Source: a virus (taxonomy: Duplodnaviria > Caudoviricetes). From it: a stretch of 35,330 nucleotides of DNA. Below, piece after piece: positions 10,330 through 17,967 of the stretch. The DNA lies in the IMG/VR virus record IMGVR_UViG_3300006803_002143, positions 1 through 35,330 of that record. One strand, given 5' to 3'. The number at the start of each line of letters is the position of its first letter. The first letter of the stretch is position 1. Position numbers and translations under genes: made by a program. Below the pieces are notes generated by a model. The model made no database searches and was not told the origin of the DNA. It was given only the letters and a program-made list of their open reading frames with translations.

Positions 10330-10330
10330 A
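9335..10330 (+). CDS. GIY-YIG homing endonuclease with three NUMOD1/IENR1-like repeats
   Basis: GVYLIKN...KIYIGQS..IERRW..H, E, GYN motifs; three QY/F-x-L-x-G-x-x-I...W repeats. Start moved to ATG 9335, downstream of the promoter motif. Confidence 0.85.
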   Translation: MGKRIPRNLSNKPICGVYLIKNNMNGKIYIGQSIDIERRWAQHKYGKGNLIVRNAIKKYGINNFSFEILEKLNIDGKNKDEINEELISIEQKYFDEFKPFVGNNGYNIQKTSKPNLTPNRDSNYGELISKIKIDNNHCGKGVSQYDLEGNLIKKWKSAAQIERKLGYKAECISGVCLKKRPTYKKYIWVFTSEDISKGEIRKIKERVTPKKIKQFNLKGELIKVYKNSKDASEQTNIKRSGITNACMAHTKTFKKYIWLYEGDNLILHNHIKNTDRIIKQYNLNGEMINTWDNVKDVISSLNLSKYAPKQIFRVCNNEINSYLNFKWKWGN

Positions 10331-10404
10331 TGACAGATGCGGCTTGTGCTGTATTGGGTTGTATGAATAAAGAAGAGGTATGGTTAGCCGAAAACAGAAA
10401 ATAA
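10330..10404 (+). pseudogene. Displaced original 3' end of ruvC (MTDAACAVLGCMNKEEVWLAENRK*)
   Basis: Aligns without gaps to MTDGACAVLGYMNKIGKWPIDCRKS*, the current ruvC C-terminus. Confidence 0.8.
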
Positions 10405-10435
10405 CTTAAATTTCATAGTTTTATTTTTTTTAATG

Positions 10436-10467
10436 AAATCGGTCTTTTAAGGTCGATTTTGTTTTTT
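10436..10467 (+). terminator. Putative intrinsic terminator
   Basis: aaatcggtc...ggtcgattt hairpin (with G-U pairs) followed by a T-rich tract. Confidence 0.45.
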
Positions 10468-10490
10468 AATTAAAAAAATGTATCTTTGCA
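10458..10490 (+). promoter_or_regulatory. Bacteroidetes-type host promoter TTTG-N19-TATCTTTGCA
   Basis: Matches the -33/-7 consensus TTTG/TAnnTTTG. Confidence 0.7.
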
Positions 10491-10492
10491 CC

Positions 10493-11467
10493 ATGTCTAT
10501 TGTTGTAAACATACTTGAAAACTTTTTAGGAACACCTCGTTCCCACTATGAGCATAAGCATCAAGTGGGTTTCGATTGTCCTATGTGTTCTTCAGATAAA
10601 GGTAAACTTAATGGTGATGGTAAAGGTAACTTAGCTATTAACTATAAAAAGGGTGTGTATAAATGTTGGTCCTGTTGGGAAAGAAACAATATGCATGGTA
10701 GTGTATTATTCTTAATTAGAAGATACGGTAATAAACAACACCTTAAAGATTATTTACTCGTAGCACCCAAAATTGACAATCGTCTAGAAGGTGAACAAGA
10801 GGTAAAACATATCACCGTTAAATTCCCAGAGAGTTTTAGAAAGTTTAGTGAATCAAAAGAATATCACACAAATTTTACAACAGCATATAAATATGTTAAA
10901 GCTAGGGGTTTAACTAATGATATTCTTAAAAGGTTTCAAATCGGTTTCACTTGTGATGGTAAACGTAAGGATAGAATTATTATCCCTTCATTTGATATTA
11001 ATGGTGAATTGAATTATTACATTGCTAGGTCTTGGGATAAATACAGTAAGGCTAAGTATATGAATCCTGAATCTGGTGTTGATGCGGATGATAAACAAAA
11101 TATTGTTTTCAATGAGTACTTAATCAATTGGGATTCAACAGTATATTTAGTTGAAGGTGCTTTTGACCATATAGTAACTCCTAATTCAATTCCGATATTG
11201 GGTAAGTATATTTCAGATAAACTATTTCACACTTTACAAACAAGATGTAAATCAGATGTTGTTGTTGTTTTAGATGGTGGTGATGAAGAAAAAAAAGATA
11301 CTAAACTACTTTATCGAAAACTTAACTCTGTAAATCTTTATAATAGGGTTAAATTCGTCTATTTAAAGGACGGTTATGACTTATCTCTCATTTATCAGAA
11401 GAAAGGTCCAGCTGGAATCATTGCGGCTCTTAAAACGGCTAATAAGTTTAAAGAAAGTTTACTTTAA
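10493..11467 (+). CDS. dnaG: DNA primase (zinc-binding domain plus TOPRIM)
   Basis: CPMC...CWSC zinc ribbon; YVKARG, RIIIP, AR, KYMN and LVEGAFD motifs. Start 10493 preferred because 10478 overlaps the promoter. Confidence 0.85.
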   Translation: MSIVVNILENFLGTPRSHYEHKHQVGFDCPMCSSDKGKLNGDGKGNLAINYKKGVYKCWSCWERNNMHGSVLFLIRRYGNKQHLKDYLLVAPKIDNRLEGEQEVKHITVKFPESFRKFSESKEYHTNFTTAYKYVKARGLTNDILKRFQIGFTCDGKRKDRIIIPSFDINGELNYYIARSWDKYSKAKYMNPESGVDADDKQNIVFNEYLINWDSTVYLVEGAFDHIVTPNSIPILGKYISDKLFHTLQTRCKSDVVVVLDGGDEEKKDTKLLYRKLNSVNLYNRVKFVYLKDGYDLSLIYQKKGPAGIIAALKTANKFKESLL

Positions 11468-12582
11468 TTCATGAATTGTTTTAATATAACTTCTTTATTT
11501 GTATTATTTTTAGTCATACATAGAGTTCCATGGTTATTTTTATAGCAATCAAAATTCCCATCATTACTTAATTTATTCCAAATTTTAGGAATTTCAGTTT
11601 TATTATGTTGTCTACCTTTACCAGAATATAAATGACCTAAATCATTTATTAAGGCGACATATATTTTATAACCTAAACCCAAACCTTGTACATCATTACT
11701 TATTTGTAAATGAATTTGATAAAGTTCACCATTAACTATTTGTATGTCAGCGGCTATACCACCGTTATTTAATTGTGAATCCCAAGGGAGTTTAATTATC
11801 ATATTTAGAATTCTACCATTATAATCACCTTGGTCTAATAATAAATCTTCAGCTCTTAAATTTTTAATCTTAAGTTTTTCATTATCGTTAAGTTTAATAT
11901 CTTTTACTAATCTGAAATTTGGTAATGAAATAGATTCTTTAACCATTCCAATTTCATATTCATCATCCTCTGGTCCTTCAGTGTCAGCATGTCTATAAGT
12001 TAATTCTTCAGATAAAACTTCTTTATCAGTTAACGTAATAGTACTAGGGTTATAAACTATGATATGTTTATTCATACCTCTATCATCGGTCCTATCTATA
12101 ACAACACCATCATAACCTAATTTGGTCATATTTCTAACAAAGTTTACACCATCATATCTATAATATTCAATCCAAACTTGTAAGAAAACATCTTTTTCAT
12201 TATCGTTATATTCAAACATATCTGAAATAGAACTATATATTGCGCTTTCTGGGTCTTCACCCCAATTTTGTGCATGTGACTCCCAATCTTCAGCCATTCT
12301 AATTAATTGTTCTATATGAGCTTCATTGGCATTTTCTGAAGCAGATTCATCAGTAATGAAATTACCATTTAATTTAGCTGTATATAAATTACCACCATAA
12401 GCGGCTGCATTATCATAATTTGTTGTAAAGTAAACACCTGGCCCTTCTTGGTCAGTAGCTTCTTCACCACCAACAAATTCATCACTGAATTTTTTAAAAT
12501 CAGTTGGGCTACCATGATAGGCTAAAAACCCTAACTTTTCAGTTTCACCTAATACTTGCTCATATAAATTTCTTAATTTCAT
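11464..12582 (-). CDS. ADP-ribosyltransferase-like (polyvalent-protein type) domain fused to a GNAT-like domain
   Basis: AYHGS..F..F, GPGVYFT...A..Y and GYDGVV motifs; C-terminal QISNDVQGLGLGYKIY acetyl-CoA-binding motif. Likely start MKLRNLYEQVLGE at 12582. Confidence 0.65.
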   Translation of the reverse strand: MKLRNLYEQVLGETEKLGFLAYHGSPTDFKKFSDEFVGGEEATDQEGPGVYFTTNYDNAAAYGGNLYTAKLNGNFITDESASENANEAHIEQLIRMAEDWESHAQNWGEDPESAIYSSISDMFEYNDNEKDVFLQVWIEYYRYDGVNFVRNMTKLGYDGVVIDRTDDRGMNKHIIVYNPSTITLTDKEVLSEELTYRHADTEGPEDDEYEIGMVKESISLPNFRLVKDIKLNDNEKLKIKNLRAEDLLLDQGDYNGRILNMIIKLPWDSQLNNGGIAADIQIVNGELYQIHLQISNDVQGLGLGYKIYVALINDLGHLYSGKGRQHNKTEIPKIWNKLSNDGNFDCYKNNHGTLCMTKNNTNKEVILKQFMN

Positions 12583-12583
12583 A

Positions 12584-14056
12584 TTATTTAAATATAAATT
12601 CAAATCCAGCTGTTTGAAAGAATAACACAAATTCTTTACCCCAATTAGATTTATAAGCACCACTTTCTGGGTCCGACATTATTGAGTGTTTTAACCATTC
12701 TTCAGGTGATTCATCATCATCTAAAATTTGAGAAAAATCAACATTATTAATTAATGTTTGAACATTAATGGGTTTCTTATTTTTCATCATTTGATGCCAA
12801 AGAGCCTCATTTTTATTTGATAAACTTCTTATTTTATCACATTGACCAAAATAAGATAATTTATTAGCTTCTTCGTATAATTTTCTTAACCTACTTTCAA
12901 ATTGTAATTCCATTTGATTTGGGTCTTTAACTTTTGGTTCTTTTGGCTTTGGTTGTGGGTCCATATCAAAATTTAATTTTATACGACCTTTATCTAAGCC
13001 CATAAAATAATCAATAACACTTAAAGGGCCATAAACTTCATTATTATCCATAGAAAATAATTTACGGTCATTTTCTTCTTCCTCTTCTTCAGTCTTAGGA
13101 AAGAAATTTAGAGGTTCAACCAATACATACATAAAGTCATTATCATCAGATGATACTGAAAAGTCAATAAAGACGTAAACAATACTGTTAGTTGAATAGG
13201 AACCCCAGTCTTGATAGTTAGCCCCACCATCCCTTCTAGAATATGTAAAACACCATAATGAGTTACAACCTAATTCTTTAATGGCATCAACATCAGTTAC
13301 TTCAAGAACTAATTTATCACCACTTTTATGTACTACTTCAAGATAATGTTCATTAATAATTTTATTAATTACATCTTTCGTTAAATCTGCACCACCAATT
13401 AGATTTTCTTTTTCTTCTGCAAAATCTAACAAATCTTTAAGGGTTGTGTTAGATTTAAACATTTTACGAATAATATTTTGTTTTAATTCTTCATCACGAT
13501 TATTAAGTTGTGAATATAAACCTATAAAATATTCTAAACTACTACGATACTTATTCATTTCGCTATAATCTCTAGGTTGTCTAATATCGGCCTTCATGTT
13601 TCTTTTAGCAATCTTTGGTAATTGTTCAAACATATCTAAAATAGACCTCCTATGTTTAAGTGCTGTATTAAATTGAACTAATGAACCTACATCACCTTCT
13701 TTATAATCAATTACTGGAAAAACATTTTTATTGTAGTCTTTTAATTCTTGATATGATTTTTTAATTTTTTTCCACCTATCGATATCTTTATAATCATCAT
13801 CACTTTTATAAATTTTTTCTTCATCGTATTTATGGTTTTTATCGATAGCACTAAGTGCCCAATCACCTTGCCTATAGTCTTGTTGTAACTCACCCCAATA
13901 AAGGTCAGACATCATTTTGGTTAATGCATCACCACCAGTGACTTTATCAATCATGATTTTTCTAACCATGGGTGATAAACGACCAGTTTTAAAATAGATT
14001 TTATCTGCCTGTTGCAGATTCTCAACCATTAGATAAAGTTCACTTAATTTTTTCAT
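12584..14056 (-). CDS. Hypothetical multi-domain protein with G-x-x-S-x-WC motif
   Basis: 490 aa; AIKELGCNSLWCFT motif; leader MKKLSELYLMVE. Confidence 0.7.
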   Translation of the reverse strand: MKKLSELYLMVENLQQADKIYFKTGRLSPMVRKIMIDKVTGGDALTKMMSDLYWGELQQDYRQGDWALSAIDKNHKYDEEKIYKSDDDYKDIDRWKKIKKSYQELKDYNKNVFPVIDYKEGDVGSLVQFNTALKHRRSILDMFEQLPKIAKRNMKADIRQPRDYSEMNKYRSSLEYFIGLYSQLNNRDEELKQNIIRKMFKSNTTLKDLLDFAEEKENLIGGADLTKDVINKIINEHYLEVVHKSGDKLVLEVTDVDAIKELGCNSLWCFTYSRRDGGANYQDWGSYSTNSIVYVFIDFSVSSDDNDFMYVLVEPLNFFPKTEEEEEENDRKLFSMDNNEVYGPLSVIDYFMGLDKGRIKLNFDMDPQPKPKEPKVKDPNQMELQFESRLRKLYEEANKLSYFGQCDKIRSLSNKNEALWHQMMKNKKPINVQTLINNVDFSQILDDDESPEEWLKHSIMSDPESGAYKSNWGKEFVLFFQTAGFEFIFK

Positions 14057-14454
14057 TAAACTTTGAATTTTCTATTTGGCGTGTTAAAACCTTTCTTTCT
14101 CATTATAGTTTTATTAATTAATTGAAATTCTTTGGTATTTCTATCATAAGTTAAAACAAATGGTACGTTTATGTCATTATTTAAATCCATTATTACAGCC
14201 TCAGTTTCTTTGTTAAAGTTAGTTAATCCTTTACCATGTTTATTATATAATCTATTAAAAGTGTTGATAATTTCTTCAGATTCAATCTCTTTTCCATTTC
14301 TAGAATCATTAGCTCTATCTAAAAAGTGAGATGAGAACTCGATATCAATATGTAAAGATTTAAATAAATCATCTAAATATTGTTCAATTTTCTTTAACCC
14401 ATATTCACTAACATATTCATTTAAAACTTCTTTATATAGATTAGTTAATTTCAT
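14056..14454 (-). CDS. Hypothetical phage protein, possible BECR/RelE-like RNase fold
   Basis: IEFSSHFLDRANDSRN motif and terminal KTIMRK strand; leader MKLTNLYKEVLNE. Confidence 0.6.
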   Translation of the reverse strand: MKLTNLYKEVLNEYVSEYGLKKIEQYLDDLFKSLHIDIEFSSHFLDRANDSRNGKEIESEEIINTFNRLYNKHGKGLTNFNKETEAVIMDLNNDINVPFVLTYDRNTKEFQLINKTIMRKKGFNTPNRKFKV

Positions 14455-14468
14455 ATTTACCCTTTTTC

Positions 14469-14476
14469 TATAAATA
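14469..14476 (-). promoter_or_regulatory. Putative late promoter TATTTATA (minus strand)
   Basis: The + strand reads tataaata; 22 nt upstream of the minus-strand ATG at 14454. Confidence 0.6.
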
Positions 14477-14477
14477 G

Positions 14478-14508
14478 TTGTTTTTATTGTAAAAAAATAG
14501 TATATTTG
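14478..14508 (+). promoter_or_regulatory. Bacteroidetes-type host promoter TTG-N20-TATATTTG
   Basis: Consensus match; back-to-back with the minus-strand late motif. Confidence 0.65.
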
Positions 14509-14528
14509 ATTAAATAGTATTAATATTA

Positions 14529-15503
14529 ATGATTTATAAAGATGAACTAGAGAAAATAGGTGCTGAAATACGTGATATTATAAGTGAAAAACAAAAAGAG
14601 CTTGAATTAACGTTTGTTGAAGATAGTCACACTTATTACATTAAAACCAAAGAAGGTGACATTACAAGTAAATTTCCTTCAGTATCTACAGTGATAAAAC
14701 AATTCTATGTGGATTTCCCTGAATTAGAGATGTCTTACAGTATGTCAAATAATGATATTGTTGAACAAGACCGATTGCTTAAACAATGGAGAGCTGAAGC
14801 TGATTATGCTAATTCAAAGGGTTCTAGAGTGCATTATCTATTAGAAACCGACCTATTAAAAGAATATGGTGGTTATAAAGAAGTTAGGGAACCAATTTTT
14901 GAGTGTGATGAAACACAAATCAAAGATGGTAATGCAATGATTGATGCTGGACATAATTTTATTAGAACCATGCACCGTAGAGGGGCTATCTTATTAGATA
15001 CCGAAATGGTGTTAGGTAGTAATGAATTAAAATATACTGGTCAACCCGATAAAGTTTGGTTAATGTTCAATGAGAAAAAAGAATTGGGGTTCGTATTGAC
15101 AGATTGGAAAACCAATAAAGAAAAAAACTTTGAGATTCATCATTATACAACCCCAATGTTACCGCCATTTGAAGATGAAATGGATACAGCATTAGGACAT
15201 TACAAAATTCAACTACCATTATATGCTAGATTAATTCTAGATATGTTGAAGGGTAGTAAGTATGAGGATATTAAACTATTTGGTTGTATTATAGTACATT
15301 TAACTAGCTTGGGTAAATTTAGAGAAATTAGAGTACCTAAAAAGTTTATTAATAGAGTAATGACAATGGACCCATTACCTAGAATTGATGAAGTTTTTGA
15401 AAAGAAAAAAAATGATGTGATAGCTGAGAACGAAAGAATATCACGATTAAATAATTATAACCCTGAAGAAAAAACAAACGACAATCAAATGTGGTTTAAT
15501 TAA
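14529..15503 (+). CDS. PD-(D/E)XK exonuclease (RecB/lambda-exo-like)
   Basis: SVSTVI, GSRVH, TE, GQPD, DWKT and QLPLY motifs. Confidence 0.8.
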   Translation: MIYKDELEKIGAEIRDIISEKQKELELTFVEDSHTYYIKTKEGDITSKFPSVSTVIKQFYVDFPELEMSYSMSNNDIVEQDRLLKQWRAEADYANSKGSRVHYLLETDLLKEYGGYKEVREPIFECDETQIKDGNAMIDAGHNFIRTMHRRGAILLDTEMVLGSNELKYTGQPDKVWLMFNEKKELGFVLTDWKTNKEKNFEIHHYTTPMLPPFEDEMDTALGHYKIQLPLYARLILDMLKGSKYEDIKLFGCIIVHLTSLGKFREIRVPKKFINRVMTMDPLPRIDEVFEKKKNDVIAENERISRLNNYNPEEKTNDNQMWFN

Positions 15504-15513
15504 AAAATAAATT

Positions 15514-15720
15514 ATGAAAAATTTTACAACGGCATTTATAAAAGTGATATTTCCAGTGCTTAAAAAAATATTAGACAATTTGTTTAAATTGTTAGGGTTA
15601 TTATTATTTCTATTAACATGGTATATTTTTACCTTCGAAAATGAAATGTTTAATGAAATACCAACAAATGATATGATATTTTTAGCCACGTTAATAATAA
15701 TGAGTCAATTTACAGATTAA
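15514..15720 (+). CDS. Small membrane protein
   Basis: Two hydrophobic segments; in operon orientation. Confidence 0.55.
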   Translation: MKNFTTAFIKVIFPVLKKILDNLFKLLGLLLFLLTWYIFTFENEMFNEIPTNDMIFLATLIIMSQFTD

Positions 15721-15722
15721 AT

Positions 15723-16067
15723 ATGAAAATAGAAGTTTTAAAATCGAAAATCTCACACATTAGAGTGAGTGAATCACATATTAATAACGAAGGTGTGATT
15801 AGAATGAGTAAAAGTTTAATGGATGACGCTAATTTAGTTAATTATGAAAAAGTCATCATTTTTAATGAAAGTGGTAGAGGTTCAGCTGAACCTAAATTCG
15901 CATTTATTGAACAGTTTGATAAAGAAGTTGAACACCATGATATTACTACACCAATAAGGATAGCTGGTGTTAATGATGATATAACAATAATGTCAGTGGG
16001 TACTGCAACGGTAGATGAATCGTTTAATAAACCTATCCTTATTAATATGAATCCAACATTTGTTTAA
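15723..16067 (+). CDS. panD: Aspartate 1-decarboxylase (PanD)-like protein, predicted inactive
   Basis: MKIEVLKSKISH...LMDDANL..YEKV...N..G and DDITIMS resemble PanD, but the G24-S25 site reads G24-V25. Confidence 0.7.
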   Translation: MKIEVLKSKISHIRVSESHINNEGVIRMSKSLMDDANLVNYEKVIIFNESGRGSAEPKFAFIEQFDKEVEHHDITTPIRIAGVNDDITIMSVGTATVDESFNKPILINMNPTFV

Positions 16068-16894
16068 TGGTTAAGAAAGTATTACATTTGGCTGATATTC
16101 ATATTAGGACATATAGAATGCACGATGAATATAAAGAAATCTTTACAAAATTTATTGATGAAGTTAAAGAGTTTTGTAAAGACTATGATTATGAAGAAGT
16201 TAGAATTGCAATTGTTGGTGATTTGGTTCACCAAAAAATTACAATATCTAATGAACAACTAATACTTAGTACTTGGTTCTTAAGGGAATTGGCTAAAGTG
16301 GCTCCAGTAGTGCTAGTTGCTGGTAATCATGACTTATTAGAAAATAATAAAGATAGGATTGATAGTATCTCACCAATGATTCAATTATTAGATAACCCTA
16401 ACATCAAATTCTATAAGGAAAGTAAGTGTTATGAGGATGATAACATCGTTTGGTGCAACTATTCAATCTTCGAAGAGAATGAAAGACCAGATATCGAGAT
16501 GTATAGAGCTTCATTCCCAATTAATCCAGATAAAGAACCAACACTTATAGGTTTATATCACGCACCGATAGCTGGGGCAACAACCGATATTGGTTATGAA
16601 TTTGATGATAGTTACACTGATTTATCTCATTTTGAGGGTTGCGATATAGTCATGTGTGGAGATATTCATAAAAGACAAAAATTCGAACATAAGGGAACGC
16701 CAATAGTTATGCCAAGTTCTTTGATTCAACAAAACTTTGGTGAATCGGTGGATAAACATGGGTATTTGATTTGGGATGTGGAATCCAGAACATATATCGA
16801 AAAAGATATTGAAACTAGATATGGATTCTATCAATTCAAGCTAAATTCATTGGAAGATATTGATAACGGTACTGAAAAATTAACAAATGGATAA
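16067..16894 (+). CDS. sbcD: SbcD/Mre11-like (gp47-like) metallophosphoesterase nuclease
   Basis: ADIH, GDLVH, GNHD, YH and GDIH motifs; SSLIQQNFGE. Confidence 0.85.
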   Translation: MVKKVLHLADIHIRTYRMHDEYKEIFTKFIDEVKEFCKDYDYEEVRIAIVGDLVHQKITISNEQLILSTWFLRELAKVAPVVLVAGNHDLLENNKDRIDSISPMIQLLDNPNIKFYKESKCYEDDNIVWCNYSIFEENERPDIEMYRASFPINPDKEPTLIGLYHAPIAGATTDIGYEFDDSYTDLSHFEGCDIVMCGDIHKRQKFEHKGTPIVMPSSLIQQNFGESVDKHGYLIWDVESRTYIEKDIETRYGFYQFKLNSLEDIDNGTEKLTNG

Positions 16895-17030
16895 TAGAAT
16901 ACCAACTTTTGATAGATGGAAAGCTCATTGGGTGATAGATGTGAGTTATAACAAATACTTGTATGATAGAAAAATCTATACGTGGGATGGATTAGTGGCA
17001 TTACATAAAGAAATATATAATGGTCAATAA
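16887..17030 (+). CDS. Small hypothetical protein (47 aa, MDNRIPTFDRW...), not in the ORF track
   Basis: Fills the gap and overlaps both neighbours by a few bases. Confidence 0.55.
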   Translation: MDNRIPTFDRWKAHWVIDVSYNKYLYDRKIYTWDGLVALHKEIYNGQ

Positions 17031-17535
17031 GAAACTTCAGGGTGAAATAGAAGAATATTGTAAACTCAATGAACTTGATGTTGCTGAGACTTTAAATGAA
17101 GCTCTTAGGAGTGGTTTTACAATACTTCAGTATGGTATAGGACCCAATAAACCTAAAGTGATTGAAAAGCCCGTAGAAGTCATTAAAGAGGTAATCAAGG
17201 AAGTTGAAAAGATAGTCGAAGTACCAGTTGATAGGATTATAGAGGTGATTAAAGAAGTACCTATAGAGAAGATAATAGAAGTTGAAAAAAATATAAACAT
17301 TAATGTCGATGGTCATAATGTAAGTTACATGGATTACATTGAAGAATTAAATAAAGATGTTTCCAAATTGGAAGTATCAAAGAAGCAAATAACAAAGGAG
17401 TTGACAGACTCTAAAATAGAAGTAGATAGATTAAATAAAGTTGTTACAAGTTCCGAATTACAAGTTGAAAAACTTAAAAAGGACCTTAAAGATTGTAAGA
17501 ACGATGGTGGTTATGATATCTATGGTGAAAAATAA
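17020..17535 (+). CDS. Hypothetical protein with V/I/E/K/P repeats and coiled coil
   Basis: VEVIKEVIKEVEKIVEVPVDRIIEVIKEVPIEKIIEVEK. Confidence 0.7.
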   Translation: MVNKKLQGEIEEYCKLNELDVAETLNEALRSGFTILQYGIGPNKPKVIEKPVEVIKEVIKEVEKIVEVPVDRIIEVIKEVPIEKIIEVEKNININVDGHNVSYMDYIEELNKDVSKLEVSKKQITKELTDSKIEVDRLNKVVTSSELQVEKLKKDLKDCKNDGGYDIYGEK

Positions 17536-17541
17536 GGATGA

Positions 17542-17967
17542 ATGGAAGTAAAAGATAGTACAGCTAAGAAAGCTGCCAAAAAAGGTTTTAGTTATCCCTC
17601 AGAAGTAGCAATATATAAAGTGATAAGAAGTGGGAGTGAATGTAAGTGGCATTGTTGTGATATACAAAGTACAAGTGATGTATATGACCTCGTTGCATAT
17701 ATCCCAACTCAAGTAGACCTTCAAAAATGGTTAAGGGAAAAACATAACATTGACGTTGAAATGAGTTCATGGGGTGAACTCAATTTATATGAAAAAGACG
17801 CATCATTGGTTAAACGTTACACTAGTAAAGTTTCGAATTGGAATGTAAAATGGAGTGTACATGATGGAACTGGTATTGTAATGCCAGAACATTATCATTT
17901 TGAAGGTAAAGATTATGAGAAGGTATTTGAAAAAGGATTACAAGCAGCATTAAAACTAATAAAATGA
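17542..17967 (+). CDS. Hypothetical phage protein
   Basis: 141-aa ORF with ATGA-type overlap into sbcC. Confidence 0.7.
   Translation: MEVKDSTAKKAAKKGFSYPSEVAIYKVIRSGSECKWHCCDIQSTSDVYDLVAYIPTQVDLQKWLREKHNIDVEMSSWGELNLYEKDASLVKRYTSKVSNWNVKWSVHDGTGIVMPEHYHFEGKDYEKVFEKGLQAALKLIK

Noticed and set aside
9196-10404. Group I intron in ruvC
   Set aside because: ruvC is complete without splicing, the endonuclease ORF abuts the duplicate directly, and there is no room for a ribozyme core.
14529-15503. Cas4 / CRISPR adaptation gene
   Set aside because: No Fe-S cysteine cluster and no cas genes or repeats; an ordinary phage PD-(D/E)XK nuclease fits.
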